Source: a virus (taxonomy: Duplodnaviria > Caudoviricetes). From it: a DNA stretch of 43,892 nt. The notes beneath the pieces are model-generated. The model saw only the letters and a program-made list of their open reading frames with translations. It ran no database searches and had not been told where the DNA came from. Positions 8,846 through 17,386 of this stretch are shown here, piece after piece. Both the position numbers and the translations under genes were made by a program. Position 1 is the stretch's first letter; each line of letters begins with the position of its first letter. Location: positions 1 through 43,892 of the IMG/VR virus record IMGVR_UViG_3300005573_000145; one strand, 5' to 3'.

Positions 8846-8966
8846 CTCCTAATTTTTCTTTAAGCAAAACTCTAAAAAAGCCACTTATACTTTGCCCTGT
8901 TTTATCTAAATAGCTTTTCAGCTTTTCGTGGGTTTCATCATCAATTAAGAATATTATCCTTTTCAT
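8820..8966 (-). CDS. Ribbon-helix-helix protein, 48 aa (not in ORF track)
   Basis: MKRIIFLIDDETHEKLKSYLDKTGQSISGFFRVLLKEKL. Confidence 0.7.
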   Translation of the reverse strand: MKRIIFLIDDETHEKLKSYLDKTGQSISGFFRVLLKEKLGGDENERND

Positions 8967-9052
8967 TTTTTCTTATCAAATTTAATTTAAGATTTTTAGG
9001 CAATTTTTTGAGTTTTTCTATAATTTCTTCTTTTATTTTTTCTTTTTTCTTT

Positions 9053-9202
9053 TTATCTAACTTGTCCCAATCTTTCATTCTCCATCTCCTTTTTTAAAAG
9101 TATTTGAACAAGCTTTGATAAATTAATTCCATTTTCATTTACAAATTTTTTTAGTTCCATTAAAAAATCCTCATCGATTGTCAAGCATAAATGTTTTTTC
9201 AT
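9053..9202 (-). CDS. Ribbon-helix-helix protein, 49 aa (not in ORF track)
   Basis: MKKHLCLTIDEDFLMELKKFVNENGINLSKLVQILLKKE; first gene after a BRE-TATA. Confidence 0.75.
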   Translation of the reverse strand: MKKHLCLTIDEDFLMELKKFVNENGINLSKLVQILLKKEMENERLGQVR

Positions 9203-9222
9203 ATTAATACTACAAATTACAC

Positions 9223-9238
9223 CTTTATAAATCTTTCT
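9223..9238 (-). promoter_or_regulatory. BRE-TATA promoter for the leftward regulatory/packaging operon
   Basis: AGAAAGATTTATAAAG ~21 nt upstream of ATG 9202. Confidence 0.8.
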
Positions 9239-9239
9239 A

Positions 9240-9588
9240 TTATTTTGTAACTACTATCTCTTACAACACATTTATAAGTAGATTTTTTTCCTAAGGGTAT
9301 TATCTTTTTATTTCTTTTTTATCTCTTTCTTTGTGGTTGCATAAATTAGATAAAAATTAGATAAAAATATAGATATTTATTATGAAAAATATAGAGTAAT
9401 TTGGGGGGAACCACTATACCTATTTCTAAAAAATTCATTCGTGAAATCATAATAAAAATTAGAAAAAAAAACATAAAAAATAAGTTTATAAATATTTCTA
9501 TTGTAGAATATATATTTTCTAATATAAAAATATTTATAAATAAGCATTTCTTAATAAAATTAAATAAATAAATAAAATAAAATAAAAA
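9240..9588. other. AT-rich divergent control region (candidate origin or packaging region)
   Basis: Long non-coding stretch at a strand switch; tandem ATAAAA(A)TTAG units at ~9341-9375; rightward AAAAATATTTATAAA at ~9526-9540. Confidence 0.45.
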
Positions 9589-9756
9589 ATGACAACAAAA
9601 AAAGAACTTAAAAAAATTAAAGAAAGAATAAATAAACTATATGAAAAAGGAACAAAAAAAGCAATTGCAGAAGCAGAAGAATTACAAGATAAACACGCAG
9701 TAGAACTTTTTCAAAAACCTTTTTGTTTTTATTTGAGACTCATGAAGAAGTTTTAA
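9589..9756 (+). CDS. Small early protein, 55 aa (not in ORF track)
   Basis: MTTKKELKKIKERINKLYEKGTKKAIAEAEELQDKH...; follows a TATA element and A-rich leader. Confidence 0.6.
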   Translation: MTTKKELKKIKERINKLYEKGTKKAIAEAEELQDKHAVELFQKPFCFYLRLMKKF

Positions 9757-9786
9757 ATAAATAAATAAATAAATAAATAAAAACAA

Positions 9787-9960
9787 ATGATAAATAAAAA
9801 TGAATATATGAAAATAGAAGAAATGATAAAATTAAATAAATTTAATATAAAAATGTTTGAAATTTCGGATAATGAAAATTTTAAAGAATGGTTTAAAAAA
9901 TTTAAAAAATATATAAATAAAGAAATAAATAAATATCTAAATAAAAATATATATTCTTAA
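9787..9960 (+). CDS. Small early protein, 57 aa (not in ORF track)
   Basis: ORF after an (AAAT)n leader; tiles with neighbours. Confidence 0.5.
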   Translation: MINKNEYMKIEEMIKLNKFNIKMFEISDNENFKEWFKKFKKYINKEINKYLNKNIYS

Positions 9961-9973
9961 GGAGGATTAAAAA

Positions 9974-10120
9974 ATGATATATGGTATTAAAAAATTTAAA
10001 AACGGAAAAAAAAGAGGATATCTTGAATTTAAGACAAATAAAAAAGTAGTAATCTTAAAAGAAGGAGAGCTTGAAGAATTTGAATATTTTTTAAATAAAG
10101 TTATCGCAAATGCTAAATAA
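9974..10120 (+). CDS. Small early protein, 48 aa (not in ORF track)
   Basis: AAGGAGG SD upstream of the ATG. Confidence 0.6.
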   Translation: MIYGIKKFKNGKKRGYLEFKTNKKVVILKEGELEEFEYFLNKVIANAK

Positions 10121-10140
10121 CTGAAAGGAGGTTTAAAAAA

Positions 10141-10638
10141 ATGGAAAACATAAATCAAGAGATTTTAAGAGAAATTCAGAGACTAAATGAGATAGAAGAG
10201 AATAAAGAAAAAGTAATTTTCAAAAACGGCGATGAGGTTTTTAAAATCTTTTCAAAAATAGAAGAACCAGAGACTTTAAATCCTTTTGATGACTATTCTT
10301 ATTTATTCTTGAGTCAGTTTTTAAATGAATTCAGCGACTACTTAAAGGATAATTTAGATAAAGATATAAAAGAAGTTATAAACTCTTTTGAAGAGAATAT
10401 AAGTAATTTTGCCGATGATTATACAGAGATTTACAATAGCGAACTTATAAAGTGGGTTAGTGAGAGGACAGAAAACGGCTTTTATATGGAAGATGCCATA
10501 AATGAAGGACTTATAAGTTTTGAAAATTACGACTTTTTTGGACATCTGCAAACGGCTTATAGTATTGCATTAGAGAGGCATTTTATAGCATATTTTGAAA
10601 GTTTAAAAGAATATTTAAAAAAGAAGTTTAAGATTTAA
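10141..10638 (+). CDS. Ocr-like acidic DNA-mimic (putative anti-restriction protein)
   Basis: ISNFADDYTEIYNSELIKWV...DAINEGLI...DFFGHLQTAY parallels the T7 Ocr core; very acidic; early location; AGGAGG SD. Confidence 0.6.
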   Translation: MENINQEILREIQRLNEIEENKEKVIFKNGDEVFKIFSKIEEPETLNPFDDYSYLFLSQFLNEFSDYLKDNLDKDIKEVINSFEENISNFADDYTEIYNSELIKWVSERTENGFYMEDAINEGLISFENYDFFGHLQTAYSIALERHFIAYFESLKEYLKKKFKI

Positions 10639-10662
10639 TTTTTTATTTTTTTTATTTTTTTT
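10639..10662 (+). terminator. Archaeal-type oligo-T terminator
   Basis: T-tracts directly after the stop codon. Confidence 0.6.
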
Positions 10663-10712
10663 GGCCGCCCTAAAAATAAACAAAACAAATAAACAAAACA
10701 AATAAAAACAAA

Positions 10713-10913
10713 ATGGAGAAAAGAAAATTAAAACCTGTATGGATAAGTGAAGAATTACATAAAGAGTTAATGCTCTTTAAATTTAAAAACGGATTCAAAA
10801 ATTTAGAAGAAGTTTTAAAAGATTTGATTAAATTAAATTTAAATAAAAATATAGATAACTCACAAGTGATAACAAAAGAACCGAAAGATTTAAATAGTAG
10901 TATATCTATATAA
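10713..10913 (+). CDS. Ribbon-helix-helix protein
   Basis: KPVWISEELHKELMLFKFKNGFKNLEEVLKDLI. Confidence 0.7.
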   Translation: MEKRKLKPVWISEELHKELMLFKFKNGFKNLEEVLKDLIKLNLNKNIDNSQVITKEPKDLNSSISI

Positions 10914-11027
10914 AAATATAGATTAAAAAAATGAAAACAAAAAAAACAACATTAAACGAATTACTAAAAGAAGTTAAAAAAGAAATAAAAAGAATAATAC
11001 AAACAGAAAAGGGGGTAATAATAGAAT

Positions 11028-11207
11028 ATGAATAAAGAGCTTACAAAAGAGCATAAACTTAAACTACTTGAACTATACTTTAAAGATAAAACTATAGTAA
11101 AGGCAGTAGCAGACACTTTAAACGAAAAGGAATTAAACAGGCTTATTTTTAACAATCTTGATGAAATTTTAATAAATGCTTTAAATCTTGATAAAGAGGA
11201 GGAATAA
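11028..11207 (+). CDS. Hypothetical protein, 59 aa (not in ORF track)
   Basis: MNKELTKEHKLKLLELYF...; ends just before the Ku start. Confidence 0.55.
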   Translation: MNKELTKEHKLKLLELYFKDKTIVKAVADTLNEKELNRLIFNNLDEILINALNLDKEEE

Positions 11208-11208
11208 A

Positions 11209-11970
11209 ATGGAATTAAGAATTGGATTAGTTAAAATACCTATAATGTTAGTAAACGTTTATAATAATTCATACAATTATGAGGCACTGCATCAATTCTC
11301 TAAATGCTGTAAAGAAAGAGTAAATTATTTAAAGGTTTGTAGTAATTGCGAAAAAAAACTAACTAATGATGAAATTTTAAAAGGAACAGATAAAGAGCAT
11401 ATTTTATCAGATAAGCAAGAGGAAAAACTTAAAGAGGCACTTGAAAATTCTATTATAGAAGTAATTAGTATTAAAGAATTAGAAAAAGAAACCTTATTTA
11501 ATTTAATGCCATTCATTTTAAAATCTCAAATAATACTGCCGAGTTTAAGAAAGGGATTTAAAAAAAGAGATATAAAAACTTTCTATTCTTTTGTAAATTC
11601 GCTTAAAGAGTTAAATAAATATTGTATAGCAAAACTAACAACAAGAGGAAAAGAGCATCTTATTATCTTATTGAACTATAAAAATGACTTTATGAGTTTT
11701 GAAATTCCGTTCAGTAGATATTACAATAATGATGAGATAAGCAGACTTAAACAAGCAGTAAAATTTGAATCGACTAATTTAAACATAGATGAATATAAAG
11801 AACAAGCAAAGAAGTTTATAAATGAATTTAAGAAAGATGCAGAATTAGATGAGATAACAGAGGAAAAAAAGACATTACTTAAATTGTTTTTAGAAAATAA
11901 AAATGAGGAAAAAGAGATAGAAAAAGAAGAGGATAATTGCCCTTTTTCTATCTCTAATTTAAAAAAATGA
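11209..11970 (+). CDS. ku: Ku DNA end-binding protein (prokaryotic NHEJ type)
   Basis: LRIGLVKIPIML, LHQF...RVNYLKVCSNC...DEILKG, CIAKLTTRGKEHLIIL; ATG 11209 after GAGGAGG. Confidence 0.85.
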   Translation: MELRIGLVKIPIMLVNVYNNSYNYEALHQFSKCCKERVNYLKVCSNCEKKLTNDEILKGTDKEHILSDKQEEKLKEALENSIIEVISIKELEKETLFNLMPFILKSQIILPSLRKGFKKRDIKTFYSFVNSLKELNKYCIAKLTTRGKEHLIILLNYKNDFMSFEIPFSRYYNNDEISRLKQAVKFESTNLNIDEYKEQAKKFINEFKKDAELDEITEEKKTLLKLFLENKNEEKEIEKEEDNCPFSISNLKK

Positions 11971-12233
11971 TAAAAGGATATAAAGTATTAATAGGAATCA
12001 ATAGAGAAGGAGGAATATTTAATTATTTCAGGAGTAAGAAAGATGCCCAAAAATGGGGAAAATTGATAAAAGAGAGTTTTGGAATTAAAAAACTAAAAGT
12101 ATATCTTATTCCTATGAAATTAAAAAAATGCGATATGGATTATTGTGATAATCTTACAGAATTGGACGAGAGATATTGTTTAAGTTGCGATAAATTAATT
12201 TTGGATTCATATTTAGAAAAAAATGAAAAATAA
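11967..12233 (+). CDS. Small Zn-finger protein
   Basis: CDMDYC...CLSC. Confidence 0.6.
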   Translation: MIKGYKVLIGINREGGIFNYFRSKKDAQKWGKLIKESFGIKKLKVYLIPMKLKKCDMDYCDNLTELDERYCLSCDKLILDSYLEKNEK

Positions 12234-12369
12234 AAAAAGATACCTACTAATAGAAAGTCAAGTAATAGCAGAATACACTAATAGAAAAGAAGCAGAAGCA
12301 GATTTAGAAAATCATAAACTTTGGTATCCAGAAAGAGAATTTGAAATTGAGGAGCAGATTAAAAAATGA
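12223..12369 (+). CDS. Hypothetical protein, 48 aa (not in ORF track)
   Basis: Overlaps both neighbours at start and stop. Confidence 0.5.
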   Translation: MKNKKRYLLIESQVIAEYTNRKEAEADLENHKLWYPEREFEIEEQIKK

Positions 12370-12521
12370 TAAAAAGAATAAACTATTACACAATAGACGG
12401 CGATGAGATAGTAATGATAGACTGCCCTAAATGCAAGGGAAAAAACGGAATAAGAAGAAAAAATAGTTTAGTGGTTAAATGTTTTACTTGCTGTAAGAAA
12501 ATAGGAAAATTGGAGGTATAA
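12366..12521 (+). CDS. Zn-ribbon protein, 51 aa (not in ORF track)
   Basis: CPKC...CFTC; GAGGAG SD; ATGA coupling. Confidence 0.6.
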   Translation: MIKRINYYTIDGDEIVMIDCPKCKGKNGIRRKNSLVVKCFTCCKKIGKLEV

Positions 12522-12522
12522 A

Positions 12523-12720
12523 ATGATAACAAAAGAAGAATTTTTAAAAAATACAACAGAAGATGAAGTTTTTTGTTTAATAGGGGAATTCCTGTATAGG
12601 GCAAGATTAAAAGGTTATATGGATTTGTCGGTATTCAAAAAGGAAGGTATAAATGAATTTATTTTAACCGATAAGGAAGTAATTACAATAATAAGAGAAA
12701 TTCTAAAATTAAAGTATTAA
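12523..12720 (+). CDS. Hypothetical protein
   Basis: GGAGGT SD; tiles with neighbours. Confidence 0.6.
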   Translation: MITKEEFLKNTTEDEVFCLIGEFLYRARLKGYMDLSVFKKEGINEFILTDKEVITIIREILKLKY

Positions 12721-12731
12721 ATAAAATTAAA

Positions 12732-12899
12732 ATGGTTAAATGTTACATTTGTAAAAAAGAAATCAAAGGGAAGAAGTATATAAAAAATAGATTTGACTAT
12801 GCAAAAAATAAATATGTAAATGTATGTAAAGAATGTTTTGAAATTCCTTTAGTGATTTTAAAAGAAAAAAAGGAGAAGAAAAATGAACGAAGGAAATAA
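12732..12899 (+). CDS. Zn-finger protein, 55 aa (not in ORF track)
   Basis: CYIC...CKEC. Confidence 0.6.
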   Translation: MVKCYICKKEIKGKKYIKNRFDYAKNKYVNVCKECFEIPLVILKEKKEKKNERRK

Positions 12900-13107
12900 A
12901 CTATATTTTTATGGAATAAAGGCACAGATAGAAGTGATTTTAGGAGTCGTAACTATGGCTATTGGAATATTCGCACTTGCAGAAAGTAGTATGGTTTTAG
13001 GAGCAATCTTTTTAGTAGTTGGATTTATTTTAATACTCAAAGGAAAAGCAGACAGATTTGATTTTAAACTAAAATCAGGAACTATAATACATAAAGGAGA
13101 TTGGTAA
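12883..13107 (+). CDS. Small two-TM membrane protein
   Basis: Two hydrophobic helices. Confidence 0.65.
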   Translation: MNEGNKLYFYGIKAQIEVILGVVTMAIGIFALAESSMVLGAIFLVVGFILILKGKADRFDFKLKSGTIIHKGDW

Positions 13108-13152
13108 AATGAAACTAAAAGATTATTTAAAAAAATTCAAAGGATTAATAAG

Positions 13153-14316
13153 ATGACAGAAATATTAGATAAAAAGATTTTAAACAAAATAGAAAAATTA
13201 TGCAAAAAGTATAAGATAGAAAGCGATTTAATAGATTTTCATAGCGTCTGGGATAGAAATTTAACAGAAGGAGAAAATTTAAACATAATAGAAGGAATCA
13301 TTAAAGAAATGAGTAACAATAGTTTAGATTTAATAACGAAAAATGAAATAAATACACTAAAAGAAAAAGAAGAAAACAAAAGATTAGAAGAGTTTAGAGA
13401 AGAAGAATTTAAAGCAAAAAAAGAATTAGATAAAGCAATAGAAACAATAATAGAAGACAAAAATTCTAAATTTAATGAATATTTTCTTCCTCTAATAAAC
13501 TATATAAAAAGCGTTATTAATTCAGATAATTATCTAAATTCTTTATTTGTAGTAGGAGAAGGAGGACTTGGAAAAACAACAATACTTCTTAAAACATTAA
13601 AAGAAATGAATAAAGAATATGTGTATATCTCAAATTATACTACTATTGTAGAATTCGTTAATTTCTTATATGAACATAAAGATAGCATTATAGTAATGGA
13701 TGATATGGAAGGGATATTTAATCTTGGAGCAAAGTTTATAAATATTCTTAAAGGAACTCTTTGGGGAGTAGGAAAAGAAAACAAAAGAATAGTAACATAT
13801 CTTACAACTGATAAAAGGCTAAAAGCACCTTCTCAATTTGAATTTAAAGGAAAAATCTTTTTTCTTTTAAACAAAATGCCGAATGAAAAAGATAGTCTAA
13901 TCCGAGCATTATTAAGCAGAAGTTTAGTTTACGAACTAAATCTCACTTATGAAGAGATTATGAAAATGATGGGAGAGTTTGCAAAAATTGAATATAAGAA
14001 CTTAACTTTTGAAGAAAGAAAAATGATATATGAATTTCTAAAAGAAAATACAGACGATACTTGCGAAGATATTAATTTTAGAACATTAGTAAAAATGTAT
14101 GATTTATATTTGACTAACAAGGAAAATTGGAAATCCATTTGTAAAAATCTTATAAAAAGAAACGAAAAACTTGCATTACTAAAACTATACTTAAAAGAAT
14201 CCAACACTATAAAAGAAGCACAAGAAAGGTTTTGTGAAGAAACAGGATTATGCAGGAAGACATTTTTTAATCTAAAAGCAAAATTAACGGAGTGTAAAAG
14301 TGTATTACACTTATAA
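13153..14316 (+). CDS. AAA+ ATPase with C-terminal HTH (candidate replication initiator or loader)
   Basis: GEGGLGKTT, IIVMDDMEG, sensor-1 FLLN, Arg finger ALLSRS, C-terminal ETGLCRKTFFN. Confidence 0.8.
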   Translation: MTEILDKKILNKIEKLCKKYKIESDLIDFHSVWDRNLTEGENLNIIEGIIKEMSNNSLDLITKNEINTLKEKEENKRLEEFREEEFKAKKELDKAIETIIEDKNSKFNEYFLPLINYIKSVINSDNYLNSLFVVGEGGLGKTTILLKTLKEMNKEYVYISNYTTIVEFVNFLYEHKDSIIVMDDMEGIFNLGAKFINILKGTLWGVGKENKRIVTYLTTDKRLKAPSQFEFKGKIFFLLNKMPNEKDSLIRALLSRSLVYELNLTYEEIMKMMGEFAKIEYKNLTFEERKMIYEFLKENTDDTCEDINFRTLVKMYDLYLTNKENWKSICKNLIKRNEKLALLKLYLKESNTIKEAQERFCEETGLCRKTFFNLKAKLTECKSVLHL

Positions 14317-14322
14317 TACGAT

Positions 14323-14949
14323 ATGATGATAAGTGGATATGATGAAGTAGCAAGATGTAAAGTAATAGGAAATATAATAACTGCTTATGTTGTTGTAGAT
14401 GATGACTTCTTTATAAAAAACAAAAAATTAAGGATAAAAGACAGCAAAGTTTTAACAGAAAATAGAATTAAACAAATATTTAATCTAACAAAAGATTTAG
14501 TAAAGTTTTATAAGATTTCTTACATAACTCCACAGGAAATGATGGGGGATAATATAAACAAACTTGAAATGAAAAAACTATTAGAAGCAATAAAAGAAAG
14601 TGAAGAAAAAGGGCTTAAATCAGATAAAATATTTGTAAATAATTTTGAAGTAAATGAAGTTGTTTTTAAAAATAGATTTCTTGAATTAAATCAGAATTTA
14701 GAATTATACAATAGAATTAAATTATCACATCATTCAAAAGAAAAAGCAATCTATCTTGCAAGTATTTACGCAAGATATTTTGAATTATTAGAAAATGAAG
14801 AAATTAGAAAAAAATTTGGAGATTTTGGAAGTGGCTCTCCTGCTGATAAGAATACAAGAGAATTTATATTAAAAAATAAAGATACAGACATAGTTAGAAA
14901 ATCTTACAAAACATATAAAGATTTATGTAACAAAACATTTTTAAACTAA
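14323..14949 (+). CDS. rnhB: Archaeal-type RNase HII homologue with substituted motifs
   Basis: GYDEVAR, IKDSK, LASIYAR, FGDFGSGSPAD, VRKSYKT. Confidence 0.8.
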   Translation: MMISGYDEVARCKVIGNIITAYVVVDDDFFIKNKKLRIKDSKVLTENRIKQIFNLTKDLVKFYKISYITPQEMMGDNINKLEMKKLLEAIKESEEKGLKSDKIFVNNFEVNEVVFKNRFLELNQNLELYNRIKLSHHSKEKAIYLASIYARYFELLENEEIRKKFGDFGSGSPADKNTREFILKNKDTDIVRKSYKTYKDLCNKTFLN

Positions 14950-15033
14950 AACATCTATATATTAACGCCAAAGCGTTTTAGGCATACTTTAAGTCCCTGC
15001 TATGGAGAGAGGAATGGCAGGTTTCCTTTCATT

Positions 15034-15192
15034 ATGAAAAACAAAGAAGGAATAGTCTTGACATTTTGCCCTTATTGTAAGAATAAACAACAATTTACAT
15101 ACAGAGGAACTTGGAAAAAGAAATATAGAACTTGCATCTATTGTAATAGACAAATATCTTTAGAAAAAAATATTGTAGCAATACTTAAATAA
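15034..15192 (+). CDS. Zn-ribbon protein, 52 aa (not in ORF track)
   Basis: CPYC...CIYC. Confidence 0.6.
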   Translation: MKNKEGIVLTFCPYCKNKQQFTYRGTWKKKYRTCIYCNRQISLEKNIVAILK

Positions 15193-15238
15193 ATTTAAAA
15201 AAAGCCAATTTAAAAGAGTAACTAATCATTTTTTAATC

Positions 15239-15448
15239 ATGAATCAAAATAATAGTAAGCTTATAAAAGCTTGTTGTGTTTGTGGAAAGTGGTATGATGA
15301 AGAGAAACAAACATGGTATGTTCCTATTAATAATGGCGAACACAATATAACACACTCATATTGCGATTCTTGTTTTGAAAAAGCACTAGAAAAAGTTAGA
15401 GCAGATATTCAAGAGTTACAAAGATATAAACGAAGAGAATATATTTAA
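15239..15448 (+). CDS. Small Zn-binding protein
   Basis: CCVCGK...THSYCDSC. Confidence 0.65.
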   Translation: MNQNNSKLIKACCVCGKWYDEEKQTWYVPINNGEHNITHSYCDSCFEKALEKVRADIQELQRYKRREYI

Positions 15449-16188
15449 AAAAACCTATAAATTTCTTGTTTAATTCTATGTAATCTCTTTTTTCTATCTA
15501 ACTTAATATTAATAATCCAACCTCCTATTGCTGGTTGTATTCCTTTCCTTTTTAAATAATCATTCTGTTTTTGAAATGCTCCACTCATAAACAAGTGTAT
15601 GTTCCTGTAATTCATATACATTAATCTATGCAGATGCCCAAATAGTAAGATATCTGGCTTACTTCCGCCTTCTAATTCATTAATATATTTTTGAGGAGAA
15701 TAACTAATAGCATAAGTAAATCCATAATCAGGATGCACTAAATCAATTTTAACATTATTAAATACAACTCTTCCAGCATACCTACCAAGATATTTTATGT
15801 CCTCTCTACCATTAAAACTTACATCATCTCCACATCTTCCCCCTTTTATTATCAATTCCCCAACATCTATTCCACTTTTCTCAAATTGCTTTAAATCATG
15901 ATTTCCTGTAATAACTATATTCTCAATTCCTTCTCTTTTTGGATAATTTTTATTAAAGTATCTTGCTTGTTCTGTTGTGGTTGAGTGTTTTAAGAAGTTT
16001 TCCTGTCCTCTATATACTCCAATTCCATCTGTTAAATCTCCGCAATTAAAAACATATTTAATCCCTTCTTTTTTAAATATAGTATACATTTCCTCTAAGG
16101 ATTTTAAATCTTCATGATAAGACCCAAGATGAGTATCACTAACCACTCCTATTCTAAATTCTTTCTCATTAGTGTTTATATGTTGCAT
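15445..16188 (-). CDS. Calcineurin-like metallophosphoesterase
   Basis: SDTHLG, GDLTDG, GNHD, VHP, GHLH: all five motifs present. Confidence 0.9.
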   Translation of the reverse strand: MQHINTNEKEFRIGVVSDTHLGSYHEDLKSLEEMYTIFKKEGIKYVFNCGDLTDGIGVYRGQENFLKHSTTTEQARYFNKNYPKREGIENIVITGNHDLKQFEKSGIDVGELIIKGGRCGDDVSFNGREDIKYLGRYAGRVVFNNVKIDLVHPDYGFTYAISYSPQKYINELEGGSKPDILLFGHLHRLMYMNYRNIHLFMSGAFQKQNDYLKRKGIQPAIGGWIINIKLDRKKRLHRIKQEIYRFF

Positions 16189-16466
16189 CTTTTCTTATGG
16201 AAATTATTTTTATAATCCTCTTTTGCTATTTTAGTTATATTCTTATAATTAAATTGCATTTCAAGTGGTTTGTCATATTCCCAATACAATTCGTCTGCTA
16301 CTTCGTATAAAACCTTTAATTTTAATTTTGTTAGTTTAGTAAAATCCGCTTTTGGACATAATTTCCTATATTCTAAACAATAAAGAAACAACCAACTATA
16401 CAATTCTTTTTTATCCAAAACAACTTTTCTATTTTCAATTTCCTTTACAAGTTCTTCTATTTGCAT
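16176..16466 (-). CDS. Hypothetical protein
   Basis: ORF overlapping the phosphoesterase start. Confidence 0.55.
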   Translation of the reverse strand: MQIEELVKEIENRKVVLDKKELYSWLFLYCLEYRKLCPKADFTKLTKLKLKVLYEVADELYWEYDKPLEMQFNYKNITKIAKEDYKNNFHKKRCNI

Positions 16467-16734
16467 AAGTGGAAGTAATTTCTGAAAGAAGCAATAACGC
16501 TATCGTATATTGAGAGATTTTCTTTCTCAATTAAAGCCAATAATTTAATTTGAGTTTCATTTTCCCTTAATTAACTATACTAAATAATTATAGTTTATAA
16601 ATTTTATTATTTTAATTATCTACTAAATATTTTTTCTTTAGTTCATCTATAATCTTTATCGCTTGGTCTTTTGAAATCCAATCTAAATTTCCACAATTTT
16701 CTTCTGCATTTTTCAACACCTATAAATCTATTTA

Positions 16735-16750
16735 TAAATATAAATCTTTC
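16735..16750 (-). promoter_or_regulatory. BRE-TATA promoter
   Basis: GAAAGATTTATATTTA, just downstream of an oligo-T tract (16763-16787, minus strand). Confidence 0.65.
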
Positions 16751-16796
16751 GGTTTAAAAGTTAATAAAAAAAAATAAAAAAATAAAAGAGTTATTT

Positions 16797-17279
16797 TTAA
16801 GCTAACTCGTAATCAGTGTCTACTACTTCTCCATCGTCTATTTCAGAAGTGATTACAAGAGTGACTCTCTTACTATCTCCATCTGAATTCTCGTAATAGA
16901 CTCTAACTTCTTCAACGACAGTAGCATCTTTCTCATCAGCATCAGCATTCAAGACTTCTGAATCCTTTACTACATATCTTTCTATATCGTCTCTATCATC
17001 TATACTAATATTCAAGTCTTTTAAGGCATTATAAAGATGTCTATTAGTATATTCTGCTTCTGCTAATGCTATTGCTTCTGCTTCCCAGTTATCATCTTTG
17101 TTTACGATGTTCTTGACTTCAGCTATTTCGTTTCTTAAGGCAGTATCGTTATATTCTACCGACTCAACCGAAACTACTTTTTCTTCAGTTGTTACTTGAA
17201 CTGGGTTGAACAGCAGATAGCCACAAATCAAAAGATTGACTACTGCTATTGCCAATACAGCATATAAGACAGCTTTCAT
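16797..17279 (-). CDS. Acidic membrane-anchored surface protein, monocistronic
   Basis: N-terminal TM helix, D/E-rich ectodomain, AAAGGAGG SD, own promoter and T-tract terminator. Confidence 0.75.
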   Translation of the reverse strand: MKAVLYAVLAIAVVNLLICGYLLFNPVQVTTEEKVVSVESVEYNDTALRNEIAEVKNIVNKDDNWEAEAIALAEAEYTNRHLYNALKDLNISIDDRDDIERYVVKDSEVLNADADEKDATVVEEVRVYYENSDGDSKRVTLVITSEIDDGEVVDTDYELA

Positions 17280-17354
17280 TTTAAGAAATCCTCCTTTCAA
17301 TTTTGTTAAGTTTAAGAATTTGGCTCATAGCCCAATATTTTTAAAAATGTTTAT

Positions 17355-17370
17355 CTTTATAAATCTTTCT
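17355..17370 (-). promoter_or_regulatory. BRE-TATA promoter
   Basis: AGAAAGATTTATAAAG. Confidence 0.75.
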
Positions 17371-17386
17371 TAAATATTTATAAGTT

